From assembly GCA_963770565.1 (NCBI GenBank), contig CAVYQE010000011.1, forward strand, positions 896,001 through 960,000: 64,000 bases of DNA, in the 5' to 3' direction. Source of the stretch: an uncultured Actinomycetota bacterium. Lineage in GTDB: Bacteria; Actinomycetota; Actinomycetes; JAFAQI01. A program made the translations under genes and the position numbers. Shown piece by piece: positions 20,376 through 29,676 of this stretch. Positions within the stretch are counted from its first letter, which is position 1; each line of letters starts with the position of its first letter. A model generated the notes under the pieces. That model saw nothing but the letters and a program-made list of their open reading frames with translations. It was not told the DNA's origin and did not search any database.

Positions 20376-21140
20376 ATGCGGGTCCACGTCGTCTCCGACG
20401 TCCATGGGCGAAGTGACGCCCTGGCCCGGGCCGGCGACGGTGCCGACGCGCTGATCTGCCTCGGCGACCTCGTGCTGTTCCTCGACTACGACGACGTCGG
20501 GGTCGGGATCTTCGCCGACCTGTTCGGTGCCGAGGCGGCGGCCACCCTGATCGACCTGCGCACGCAGCGCCGGTACGACGAAGCGCGGACGTTCTCGCGC
20601 GGGCTGTGGGATCGGGTCGGCGACCGGCGGGCCGCGATCGAGGCGGCGGTGCGCAAGCAGTACGCCGAGTTGTTCGCGGCGATGCCGACCCCGGCGTACG
20701 TCACCTACGGCAACGTCGACATCCCGGCGATGTGGCCGGACTTCGCCAAGCCGGGGGTGCAGATCCTCGACGGACAGACCGCGGAGATCGGCGGCCGCAG
20801 CTTCGGTTTCGTCGGCGGCGGCCTGCAGACGCCGATGCGCACGCCGTTCGAGATCACTGAAGAGGAGTACGCCGCCAAGGTCGCTGCAGTCGGGGCGGTC
20901 GACGTGCTGTGCTGCCACATCCCGCCCGATGTCCCCGATCTGCTCTACGACGTCGGCGGCCGCCGGCTGGAGCGCGGCAGCGTCGCGATCCTGGATGCGA
21001 TCCGCGACACCCAGCCGGGAATTGTGCTGTTCGGGCACGTCCACAACCCGCTGTCGCGCCGGACCCGGATCGGCCGGACCGAGTGCGTGAACGTCGGTCA
21101 CTTCCGGGGTCGGGGTACGCCGTACGTCCTCACCTGGTGA
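20376..21140 (+). CDS. Metallophosphoesterase
   Basis: SDVHG, LGD, GNVD, GHVH. Confidence 0.92.
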   Translation: MRVHVVSDVHGRSDALARAGDGADALICLGDLVLFLDYDDVGVGIFADLFGAEAAATLIDLRTQRRYDEARTFSRGLWDRVGDRRAAIEAAVRKQYAELFAAMPTPAYVTYGNVDIPAMWPDFAKPGVQILDGQTAEIGGRSFGFVGGGLQTPMRTPFEITEEEYAAKVAAVGAVDVLCCHIPPDVPDLLYDVGGRRLERGSVAILDAIRDTQPGIVLFGHVHNPLSRRTRIGRTECVNVGHFRGRGTPYVLTW

Positions 21141-21177
21141 CGAGGGGCGTTAGTCTCCGCTCGACGAGGAGGTTGCC

Positions 21178-21618
21178 GTGGTCGACAAGGCCAGTGCGAG
21201 CATCATGATCCAGGCGGACAAGCAGGCCGTCATGGCCGTCATCGCCGACCTGCCCGTGTATCCGGAGTGGTCCACCGCGATCAAGGCGGTGAACGTCAAC
21301 GAGGTCGGCGACGACGGCCGAGCCGCCACGGCGACCTTCACCCTCGATGCCGGGATCCTCAAGGACACCTACACCCTCGCCTACGACTGGGACGGCGACG
21401 ACCGGGTCGATTGGCACCTGGTCAGCGGCCGGGCGCTCAAGGCCCAGGTCGGCAACTATCAGCTGCGCGAGACCGGCGGCGGCACCGAGGTCACCTACGA
21501 GCTGGCGGTCGACCTCGCGGTGCCGATGCTGGGCATGTTCAAGCGCAAAGCGGAGCGCGCCATCATCGACACCGCGCTCAAGGGTCTCAAGAAGCGCGTG
21601 GAAGCCGGCGGGGGTTGA
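21178..21618 (+). CDS. SRPBCC/polyketide cyclase family protein
   Basis: YPEW...KDTYTLAY...IIDTALKGLKKRVE. Confidence 0.92.
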   Translation: MVDKASASIMIQADKQAVMAVIADLPVYPEWSTAIKAVNVNEVGDDGRAATATFTLDAGILKDTYTLAYDWDGDDRVDWHLVSGRALKAQVGNYQLRETGGGTEVTYELAVDLAVPMLGMFKRKAERAIIDTALKGLKKRVEAGGG

Positions 21619-21666
21619 ACCGGGATGGTGCGTACGTCGCGACCGCCCAACACATAGCCTGACCCG

Positions 21667-22857
21667 ATGCGCATCCTGCTGTTCACGGGGAAGGGCGGCG
21701 TCGGCAAGACGACGGCGGCGGCGGCCACCGCTGTGTTCGCCGCTGCCCGCGGCAGCAAGACGCTGGTGCTCTCGACCGATCCCGCTCATTCGCTGGCCGA
21801 TGCGTTCGGGGTCGACCTGGCCGGAACCCCCACCGAGATCGACACCGGGCTCTACGGCCAGCAGGTCGATGCGCAGCGGGCGTTCGAGGCGAGCTGGCGC
21901 GATGTCCAGCACTACCTGCGCGGCGTGCTCGAGCAGGGCGGGGTCGACCCGCTCGAGGCCGAGGAGCTGACCGTTCTTCCGGGCGCGGAAGAGGTGCTCG
22001 CCCTCCTGGAGCTGCGGGCCCAGGTCGCCGGCGGGCGGTGGGACACCGTGATCGTCGACTGCGCGCCGACCGGCGAGACCTTGCGGCTGCTCGCGCTGCC
22101 GGAGGCCCTGCAGTGGTGGATGCAGCGGATGTTCCCGCCCGAGCGGCGGGTCCTGCGAAACCTGCGCCCGGTGCTGTCGCATCTGGTCGGGCTGCCGCTG
22201 CCGCCCGACGCGGTCTTCGCGGCGGTTGATCGGCTCTCGAGCGAGCTCACCGAGGTCCGCGACCTGCTGGTCGATCCCGCCGTGACCTCGGTCCGGCTCG
22301 TTCTCACGCCGGAGTCGGTCGTGGTGGCCGAGGCGCGGCGCACCCTGACTTCGCTGTCGTTGTACGGCTACCGGGTCGACGGCGTGGTCGCCAACCGGGT
22401 CTTCCCGCTCGACAGCGACGACCCGTGGCGGGCCGGCTGGGTGGCCGCTCAGCGCACCCAACTGGAGGCGGTGCGGGTCGGATTCCCCGGTCTGCCGATC
22501 TGGTCGGCGTCGTACGCCGCGGCCGAGCCGGTCGGCCTGGACGCGCTCGCCGAACTCGCGGTCGCGACGTACGGCGAAAGCGACCCGCTGGCGGTGTCGA
22601 CGACGCCCGAGCCGCTGATTGTCGAGCGGGTCGCGACCGACGAGTACGTCCTGTCGGTGTCGCTGCCGCACGCCGAGCGGCGCGACGTCGAGCTGGTCCG
22701 CAAGGGCGATGACCTGGTGCTCACGGTCGGCGCCCATCGCCGGGCGCTCGCGCTGCCGAGCGCGCTGCAGCGCTGCGTCGTGGACGGGGCGGCATTGCGC
22801 GACGGGCGGTTACGGGTGCGGTTCCGGGTCGATCCAGACGCTTGGGTGCGCTCGTGA
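21667..22857 (+). CDS. ArsA/Get3 family ATPase
   Basis: GKGGVGKTT, STDPAHSL, DCAPTG, HSP20-like C-terminus. Confidence 0.95.
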   Translation: MRILLFTGKGGVGKTTAAAATAVFAAARGSKTLVLSTDPAHSLADAFGVDLAGTPTEIDTGLYGQQVDAQRAFEASWRDVQHYLRGVLEQGGVDPLEAEELTVLPGAEEVLALLELRAQVAGGRWDTVIVDCAPTGETLRLLALPEALQWWMQRMFPPERRVLRNLRPVLSHLVGLPLPPDAVFAAVDRLSSELTEVRDLLVDPAVTSVRLVLTPESVVVAEARRTLTSLSLYGYRVDGVVANRVFPLDSDDPWRAGWVAAQRTQLEAVRVGFPGLPIWSASYAAAEPVGLDALAELAVATYGESDPLAVSTTPEPLIVERVATDEYVLSVSLPHAERRDVELVRKGDDLVLTVGAHRRALALPSALQRCVVDGAALRDGRLRVRFRVDPDAWVRS

Positions 22858-23201
22858 CCACCACTCCTCCGGGCCCGCTGGCGGAAGAGGCGGCCCGGCT
22901 GGTCGAGGCAATCGGCGAGTGGGCCCGCGGCGCGGTCGGTGACGTCCGGGCGCCGTCGATCGGCGGCAGCAAGGAATGTCAGATCTGCCCGATCTGCCAG
23001 CTGCTCGCGCTGGTCCGCCGGACCCAGCCGGAAACGTTCGGGCATCTGGCGGAAGCGTCGGCGTCGATGCTCGCGGCGCTGCGGACGATCGTCGAGCGAC
23101 ATGACCACGGCAGCGCGCGCACGAGCGGGGTCGAGCGGGTCGACCTCGACGACCTCGACGACCTCGACGACCTGCACGTCGACACGGGCCTGGCCACGTG
23201 A
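22854..23201 (+). CDS. Hypothetical protein (DUF5304-like)
   Basis: CQICPICQ motif; position between arsA-like and glk genes. Confidence 0.75.
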   Translation: MTTTPPGPLAEEAARLVEAIGEWARGAVGDVRAPSIGGSKECQICPICQLLALVRRTQPETFGHLAEASASMLAALRTIVERHDHGSARTSGVERVDLDDLDDLDDLHVDTGLAT

Positions 23202-23236
23202 GCGAGTACCGGAGCGAAGCGACGATGCCGCGATGA
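23198..23236 (+). other. Intercistronic coupling mini-ORF MSEYRSEATMPR
   Basis: GTGA overlaps the upstream stop and ATGA overlaps the glk start; homologous to 31131-31220. Confidence 0.7.
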
Positions 23237-24177
23237 GCCTGGCGATCGGCATCGACATCGGCGGCACCAAGGTGGCGGCCGGGGTCGTGGACGAGGCCGG
23301 GCAGGTGCTGGCCGTGGTTCGCCGTCGTACTCCGAGCCGAGATCCGGGCCACATCGTCGACGTGGTGGTCGAGATCGTCGGCCAGCTGCGTGCCGACCAC
23401 AAGGTCGCCGCGGTCGGGATCGGGGCGGCCGGCTTCGTCGATGCGGCTCGGTCGACCGTGGTCTTCGCCGCGAACCTGGCCTGGCGGGACACCCCGATTC
23501 GCGCCGACATCAGCAGCCGGCTCGACCTGCCGGTGGTGGTCGAGAACGACGCGAACGCGGCCGCCTGGGGCGAGTTCCGCTTCGGGGCCGGCGACCAGGA
23601 GCCCGATGTCATGGTCCTGACGATCGGCACCGGGATCGGTGCCGGGATCGTGATCGACGGCGCGCTGTATCGCGGCCGGTTCGGGATGGCGGGTGAGCCC
23701 GGGCACATGCGGGTGGTGCCGGGTGGCCGGCTGTGCGGCTGCGGCAATCGCGGCTGTCTCGAGCAGTATTGCAGCGGTACTGCCCTGGTCCGGGCCGCGC
23801 GCGAGGTGGCGCAGGAGCGGCCGGCCGATGCAGCCCGGCTGCTCGAGCTCGCCCATGGCGACGTGGCCAACATCGACGGCCCGGTGGTCACCAAGGCCGC
23901 GCAGGAGGGCGATCCGGCCGCGGTGGACTGCTTCGACGAGATCGGACGCTGGCTCGGGCAGGGTCTGGCCGATCTGGCCGCGTTGATCGATCCCGGCCGG
24001 TTCGTCATCGGCGGAGGGGTTGCCGAGGCCGGCGACCTGCTCCTGGTCGCCGGGCGCGAGTCGTACGCGGCGGTCCTGAGCGGCCGGGGCTACCGGCCGT
24101 TGGCGGATGTTGTCCCGGCCCAGCTCGGGGCGCAGGCGGGCCTCATCGGCGCGGCCGATCTGGCCCGCCGGCTCTGA
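23233..24177 (+). CDS. glk: ROK family glucokinase
   Basis: GIDIGGTK, ENDANAAA, GEPGH, CGCGNRGCLE. Confidence 0.93.
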   Translation: MSLAIGIDIGGTKVAAGVVDEAGQVLAVVRRRTPSRDPGHIVDVVVEIVGQLRADHKVAAVGIGAAGFVDAARSTVVFAANLAWRDTPIRADISSRLDLPVVVENDANAAAWGEFRFGAGDQEPDVMVLTIGTGIGAGIVIDGALYRGRFGMAGEPGHMRVVPGGRLCGCGNRGCLEQYCSGTALVRAAREVAQERPADAARLLELAHGDVANIDGPVVTKAAQEGDPAAVDCFDEIGRWLGQGLADLAALIDPGRFVIGGGVAEAGDLLLVAGRESYAAVLSGRGYRPLADVVPAQLGAQAGLIGAADLARRL

Positions 24178-25154
24178 TGGCGCGCCCGGCCGGGCCGGCA
24201 GCGACCCGAGTGGTCGTCGCGCTCGGCGGCAACGCGCTGAGCCCGTCCGGCGGTACCGGCGACGTGCGGGAGATCCGGGCTGCCCTTGCCACGACCGCGG
24301 AGTCGCTCGCCGACCTGGTCGAGCACGGCGTGAGCCTGGTGATCACGCACGGCAACGGCCCCCAGGTCGGGCGGATCCTGCTTCAACAGGAGTACGCCGC
24401 CGCCCAGGTGCCGCCGATGCCGATGGACGTCTGCGGCGCCCAGAGCCAGGGCCAGATCGGCTACCTGCTCGCGCAGACCCTCGACAGCGCGATGTCGCGC
24501 CGCGGGATCGAGACCCGGGCGTTGTGCCTGGTCACGCAGGTCGTCGTCGACGGCCGCGACCCGGCCTTCCGGCGCCCCACCAAGCCGGTCGGACCGACGT
24601 ACGACCGGGCCGAGGCCCGGCGGATCGCGCACGAGACCGGCTATGTCTTCCGGGCGATGCCGGACGGCCGGTGGCGGCGCGCGGTCGCCTCACCACGACC
24701 GCAGCGGATCGTCGAGGCAGAGCCGCTCCGCCAGATCATCGACGCCGGGCATGTCGTCGTGGCGGCCGGTGGCGGCGGAGTGCCGGTGGTCGAGGTCGGC
24801 GACGAGCTGCACGGCGTCGAGGCCGTGATCGACAAGGACCTGACCGCGGCCCGGCTCGCCTTGCTCGTCGAGGCCGACCAGCTGGTCATCCTGACCGAGG
24901 TGCCACGAGTGCAGGTGCAGTTCGGCACTGCCGCGGCGCGCGAGCTGACCCGGCTGTCGGTGGCGGAGGCGCGCGAGCTCCTCGCCGAGGGCGAGTTCCC
25001 AGAGGGCTCGATGGGGCCGAAGGTGCGGGCCTGCGTCAACTTCGTCAGCGGCGGCGGCCGGCGCGCGGTCATCGGCTCGCTCGCTGAGACACGTGAGGTC
25101 GTGTTCGGCGACGCCGGCACCATCTTCGAGGCCGATCGGAGTGCGGATGGCTGA
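24177..25154 (+). CDS. arcC: Carbamate kinase
   Basis: VALGGNAL, THGNGPQVG, PTKPVG, AVIDKD, GSMGPK. Confidence 0.95.
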   Translation: MARPAGPAATRVVVALGGNALSPSGGTGDVREIRAALATTAESLADLVEHGVSLVITHGNGPQVGRILLQQEYAAAQVPPMPMDVCGAQSQGQIGYLLAQTLDSAMSRRGIETRALCLVTQVVVDGRDPAFRRPTKPVGPTYDRAEARRIAHETGYVFRAMPDGRWRRAVASPRPQRIVEAEPLRQIIDAGHVVVAAGGGGVPVVEVGDELHGVEAVIDKDLTAARLALLVEADQLVILTEVPRVQVQFGTAAARELTRLSVAEARELLAEGEFPEGSMGPKVRACVNFVSGGGRRAVIGSLAETREVVFGDAGTIFEADRSADG

Positions 25155-25848
25155 GACCGCCGAGCTTCGGGTGATGACGTACAACGTCCGGTCGCTCCGC
25201 GACGATGTGGAGGCACTCGCCACGGTGGTCCGGTCATGCGCCCCGGATGTCGTGCTCGTGCAGGAGGCACCGAGGTTTCTTCGCTGGCGGTCCAAGCGGG
25301 CCGCGCTGGCTCGCCGTTGCGGCCTGGTCGTCGCGACCGCCGACCGGCCGGGCGGGCTTTGCGTGCTGACCGCGCTACGGGTCGACGTACTTCGGACCTC
25401 GTTTTCGTTGCTACCCAAGACATCTCGGCACCATCAGCGCGCAATCGCAGGCGCGACGGTACGTTGCGACGGCGCGCAGTGGGAGGTGCTGTCGGTGCAT
25501 ATGAGCACCGATCCGAGCGAGCGACAGCGACACCTGCCGGCGATCGACTCCGCACTGTCGGCGATGGCGGTCGCGCCGCTGGTGGTGGGCGGCGACATCA
25601 ACGAGGACCCCGGGGGAGTGCTCTTCAGCGACCTGTCGACCTGGCTGCAGGACTGCTTCGTCGTGGCCGGTTCGGGCGCCGGGCTGACCTCGCCGGCCGC
25701 CTCGCCGCGGCGCCGCCTCGACGCCATCTTCGCAAGCTCGGCGCTGCACGTGGTGAGCTGCGAGGTGGTGGACGCGCCCGGCATCACCGCCGCCAGCGAC
25801 CATCGGCCGGTCGTTGCGGTGCTCAGCCAGCCGCTGAAACCCTCCTAG
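25147..25848 (+). CDS. Endonuclease/exonuclease/phosphatase family protein
   Basis: MTYNV, QE, GDIN, SDHRPV. Confidence 0.92.
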   Translation: MAETAELRVMTYNVRSLRDDVEALATVVRSCAPDVVLVQEAPRFLRWRSKRAALARRCGLVVATADRPGGLCVLTALRVDVLRTSFSLLPKTSRHHQRAIAGATVRCDGAQWEVLSVHMSTDPSERQRHLPAIDSALSAMAVAPLVVGGDINEDPGGVLFSDLSTWLQDCFVVAGSGAGLTSPAASPRRRLDAIFASSALHVVSCEVVDAPGITAASDHRPVVAVLSQPLKPS

Positions 25849-25855
25849 CGGTTCC

Positions 25856-27088
25856 CTACGGCCTTCGGTAGTCCGGCACGAGCTCGCGGGCGAGCTGTTC
25901 GAGAAACAAGCCGATGTCCGTCACGATCCCGATCGCCTGCGCGCTGCCGCGGTCGGCGAGCTTCGTCACGGTGGCCGGGTTGATGTCGACCGCAACCAGC
26001 GGTACCGAGGCGGGCAGGATGTTGCCGGTCCCGATCGAGTGCAACATCGTGGCGACCATGATCGCGAATCCGACGCCGGGCAGCTGGGCCCGCATCGCGC
26101 GCTGCCCTTCGATCACGTCGGTGTAGACGTCGGGGAGCGGCCCGTCGTCGCGGACCGAGCCGACCAGTACGAACGGGCGGCCGGCGGTCACCATCGCGTG
26201 CATGACCCCGCTGGTGAGGACGCCATTGTCGACCGCTGCCTTGATCGAGCCGGCCGCGCGGATCTCATTGATCGCGCGGATGTGGTGCTCATGGCCGTGC
26301 GTGACACCGACAGCGGCGTCGAGGTCGACCCCTAGTGAGGTGCCGAACAGCGAGGATTCGATGTCGTGGGTCGCCAGCGCGTTGCCGCTGAACAGCACGT
26401 CGACCCAGCCGTGGTCGACCAGCGACACCATCGGGATCGACGCGCCGGTGTGCACGACAGCCGGGCCGGCGACCCAGAGGATCCGGCCGCCGTCGCCCTT
26501 GACCTCGCGCATCCGGTCGGCGATCTGGCGCACCAATACGGCCTGCGGCTTCTCACTCGACACGATCGAGCTCATGAACCCGAAGTCGCCGTCGAACTTC
26601 TTGTGCTGATGCGACGGGAGTACGACGCGGACCCCGCTCGCGCCGCACACGATCAGGTCGCCCTCGCGTACGTCGCTGACCGGCACGGTTCGCACCCGGC
26701 CGGCATCGACGATCAGGCCGCAGTCCATCTCGGGTTGTTCGACCGGCACCCACTGGCCGCCGAGGCGGACCACGGTCTCGAGGTTGGTGGTCGAGTAGAA
26801 GTCCTCCGGGAACACCCCGTCGGCCGGCGCGATCCGGGTGGCCGCCTCGCCCGGGTCGACCTGGTTGACGCCGTGCACCTGTAGTCGCATCAGGATCCGG
26901 CTGAGCTGCTCGTCGTTGTTGGCGCCGACGAGGATCACCGCGTGCGACTCGTCCTCGTGTGCCTTGCCGAGGTCGATCCGCTCGACCGTGTAGTCACCGC
27001 CGTACTCGAGGACGTCGTCGAGGACCCGCGCGAGGACGCCGGAGTCCATCAGGTGGCCGCTGATCTCCACGGTTTCGGTGAACTGCAC
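25856..27088 (-). CDS. TIGR00300 family protein (LOR/SDH-domain ornithine cyclodeaminase-like)
   Basis: GHLMDS, FYSTTN, EMDC, FGFMSS.VSSEK, GNALATHDIE, GSVRDDGPLP, KLADRGSAQ. Confidence 0.9.
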   Translation of the reverse strand: MQFTETVEISGHLMDSGVLARVLDDVLEYGGDYTVERIDLGKAHEDESHAVILVGANNDEQLSRILMRLQVHGVNQVDPGEAATRIAPADGVFPEDFYSTTNLETVVRLGGQWVPVEQPEMDCGLIVDAGRVRTVPVSDVREGDLIVCGASGVRVVLPSHQHKKFDGDFGFMSSIVSSEKPQAVLVRQIADRMREVKGDGGRILWVAGPAVVHTGASIPMVSLVDHGWVDVLFSGNALATHDIESSLFGTSLGVDLDAAVGVTHGHEHHIRAINEIRAAGSIKAAVDNGVLTSGVMHAMVTAGRPFVLVGSVRDDGPLPDVYTDVIEGQRAMRAQLPGVGFAIMVATMLHSIGTGNILPASVPLVAVDINPATVTKLADRGSAQAIGIVTDIGLFLEQLARELVPDYRRP

Positions 27089-27113
27089 GGCTCAGACTGT
27101 AGATCGTCGGTGG

Positions 27114-27278
27114 CTAATGCCCCATCAACCGACGTTCGGCCTGTTGCGCGACACCCAGGCGGCGACCGGCGGCGTTCTCGTCGGCCCCGATGGCGCTGCC
27201 ATCGCGACCTCCTCGGCCTTGCCGCTCATCCATCTGGACGCCGCTCACGACGGCCCACGTTGGTTGATGGGGCACTAG
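27114..27278. repeat. 165-bp intergenic element bounded by a 22-bp imperfect inverted repeat
   Basis: CTAATGCCCCATCAACCGACGT ... ACGTTGGTTGATGGGGCACTAG (20/22 complementary). Confidence 0.75.
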
Positions 27279-27892
27279 ACGACCGCGCCGTCGTCCCAGC
27301 CGGAGTCGTTCGGCGGGCCTTCCTTGACGTGGTAGACCAGCGCGGCACCGCCACCGAGGATGGCGAGGATCGCGAGCCAGATCAGGGCACCGCCATCGAG
27401 GTTGGTCACGATCAGGATCAGCCCACCGAGGATCGACAGCAGCGACGCCACCGTGACCCGGCGGAGCCTGGGCAGCGGAGGTGGGGGCGGCGGGACGAAG
27501 TGCTCGTCGAGCTCCGGCGGGGTGGCGAACGACGCGGCGCTGAGCGGGACCGAGGTGGCCGGGTCGCCGGCCTGCAATGTGCCGACCAGGTGTCGCCACT
27601 CGGACTCGAAGTCGATCTCGTTGTCGGGGCCGGCCCCGGTCGCCGGCATCGCGGGGTCGGGCGCCGCGGCGAGCAGCTCGTGGGCGCGCGCGGCCTGGGT
27701 CGAGTCGGCGTACAGGCGGTCGCTGGGTGCGCCGGGCGTCGGCGAGACGTACGCCGCGATGCCTTCGGTCCGCAGCGACTCCAGCAGCTCGTCGGCCACC
27801 CGCGGGTCGAGATCGCCGACGGCCACGTATCCGGCGCAGCGAAGGCCGTTGTCGCGCGCCCCCGAACGGGGGCCCTGACCCGGCTCGACCAC
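27275..27892 (-). CDS. Conserved actinobacterial membrane protein
   Basis: EHFVPPPPPPLP, two TMs, C-terminal DDGAVV. Confidence 0.85.
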   Translation of the reverse strand: MVEPGQGPRSGARDNGLRCAGYVAVGDLDPRVADELLESLRTEGIAAYVSPTPGAPSDRLYADSTQAARAHELLAAAPDPAMPATGAGPDNEIDFESEWRHLVGTLQAGDPATSVPLSAASFATPPELDEHFVPPPPPPLPRLRRVTVASLLSILGGLILIVTNLDGGALIWLAILAILGGGAALVYHVKEGPPNDSGWDDGAVV

Positions 27893-27901
27893 GACCGCCT
27901 C

Positions 27902-28666
27902 CTAGCGCCCGGCGTCCGCTCGATGCGCCTCGATGAACGCGAGCGACTCCTTGATGATGACCGGCAGGTCGTTGTCGAGGGTCGCGACGTGATAGCTGTC
28001 CTCGAGCCAGACCTGGCGCTTGTCGGCCGAGCCCGCGGCGGACATCAGCCGCTCGGAGTTGGCGGTCTCGACGACATGGTCCTCGCGGCTGGTCATGACC
28101 AGCAGCGGCTGGGTGATCGCGCCGAGGTCGGCGTTGGTCAGCTCCCACAGCTTCGACAGCTGCCAGGCCGCCTTGACCGGCAGCCGGTCGTACGCCGGCT
28201 CGGTCACTCCCGGCGCCTTGATGTCGCTCGCGATCGGCGGTAGCGACGGCAGGAGGTGGCGCAGCACCGGGAGCAGCTTGGCGTCCTTGCGGGTCGTGAA
28301 CAGAGAGCCGTTGACCACGATCAGGCCGGCGACGTCCGCGCCGCGCTGCTCGGCCAGCCGCATCACGAGCGTCCCGCCCATCGACAGGCCCATGACGAAG
28401 GTCTGGCTGCACTGAGCCCTGGTCTCGTCGAAGGCGCGTTCGAGCTCGGCGTACCAGTCCTGCCAGCCGACCTGGTTGGCGTCCTGCCAGCGGGTGCCGT
28501 GGCCGGGCAGGAGCGGCACCCGGACGGTGTGGCCGGCCTCGCCGAGGGCCTCGGCCCACGGCCGCATGCTGCCGGGCATCCCGGTGAAGCCGTGGCAGAG
28601 CACCGCGCCGACCGGCCCGCCTGCCGCGGCGTAGGGCTCGGCGTCGGCTGAGGCGGCAATCGTCAC
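27902..28666 (-). CDS. Carboxylesterase, alpha/beta hydrolase
   Basis: HGFTG, GLSMGG, DHVV, SYHVATLD. Confidence 0.93.
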   Translation of the reverse strand: MTIAASADAEPYAAAGGPVGAVLCHGFTGMPGSMRPWAEALGEAGHTVRVPLLPGHGTRWQDANQVGWQDWYAELERAFDETRAQCSQTFVMGLSMGGTLVMRLAEQRGADVAGLIVVNGSLFTTRKDAKLLPVLRHLLPSLPPIASDIKAPGVTEPAYDRLPVKAAWQLSKLWELTNADLGAITQPLLVMTSREDHVVETANSERLMSAAGSADKRQVWLEDSYHVATLDNDLPVIIKESLAFIEAHRADAGR

Positions 28667-28824
28667 CCCTTGATGGTGCCACGCGGGGCCGACCGGACGT
28701 CCGGGCAAGCGCCCACCCGGTCACCACATCGAGGCAAGCAACTTCGCAGACTGGACACTAGGATCGAGGCAGGCAGGGAGCCACAGGCGGGATTCAGCGG
28801 GAGGCAGAGAGGAGGTCGAGCCGG

Positions 28825-29571
28825 GTGTTGTACTGGTTCCTGAAGCACATCGCGCTCGGACCGATCCTCCGGACCATCTTCCGCCCCTGGGTCGAGGGGA
28901 TGGACAACATCCCGGAGCAGGGCGGTGCGATTCTTGCCAGCAACCACCTGTCGTTCTCGGACTCGATCTTCCTGCCGATGGAGATGCAGCGCCGGCTGAC
29001 TTTCCTGGCCAAGGGCGACTACTTCACCGGTCGAGGGATCAAGGGCCGGCTCACGGCCGCGTTCTTCAAGGGCATCAACCAGGTCCCGGTCGACCGGTCC
29101 GGCGGGCGGGCAAGCGAGGCGGCGCTCGAGGCCGGCGTCAAGATCCTCAAGCGCGGTGAGTTGCTCGGGATCTATCCGGAGGGCACCCGCTCGCCCGACG
29201 GCCGGCTCTACCGCGGCAAGACCGGCATTGCCCGGATGGCGTTGGAAGCGGGCGTGCCGGTGATCCCGGTGGCGATGATCAACACCTTCGAGATCCAGCC
29301 CCCCGGTCAGCTCATCCCGCGGGTCATGCGGGCCGGCATCCGGATCGGCAAGCCGCTCGACTTCTCCCGCTACGCCGGGATGGAGGGTGACCGCTTCGTC
29401 TTGCGGTCGATCACCGACGAGATCATGTACGAGCTGATGTTGCTGTCCGGGCAGGAGTACGTCGACCAGTACGCGACCAAGGCCAAGGAAGACATCGCCG
29501 ATGCGCGCGCGGCGGCCAGCGAGGCACTCGTCGCGGATGCGCCGTACGAAACCGAGCGCAAAGCCAGCTAA
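28825..29571 (+). CDS. plsC: 1-acyl-sn-glycerol-3-phosphate acyltransferase
   Basis: NHLSFSD, YPEGTRS. Confidence 0.92.
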   Translation: MLYWFLKHIALGPILRTIFRPWVEGMDNIPEQGGAILASNHLSFSDSIFLPMEMQRRLTFLAKGDYFTGRGIKGRLTAAFFKGINQVPVDRSGGRASEAALEAGVKILKRGELLGIYPEGTRSPDGRLYRGKTGIARMALEAGVPVIPVAMINTFEIQPPGQLIPRVMRAGIRIGKPLDFSRYAGMEGDRFVLRSITDEIMYELMLLSGQEYVDQYATKAKEDIADARAAASEALVADAPYETERKAS

Positions 29572-29577
29572 CCCCCT

Positions 29578-29664
29578 GCCAAGCAATGTCACATTGCCCC
29601 GCACTTCGTGGGGGCAATGTGACAGCACCCCCAGCTTCGGCGGGGCAATGTGACATTGCTTGGC
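29578..29664. repeat. Palindromic intergenic element: perfect 25-bp inverted repeat with internal 31-bp period; possible bidirectional terminator
   Basis: GCCAAGCAATGTCACATTGCCCCGC ... GCGGGGCAATGTGACATTGCTTGGC; GGGGCAATGTGACA at 29611 and 29642. Confidence 0.9.
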
Positions 29665-29676
29665 GCGCGCGCTGGG

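Noticed and set aside
21667-22857. Arsenic resistance operon
   Set aside because: Single-domain ArsA/Get3-like ATPase in a housekeeping context; no arsB, arsC or arsR
23142-23174. GACCTCGAC microsatellite
   Set aside because: In-frame DLD low-complexity tail of a coding region
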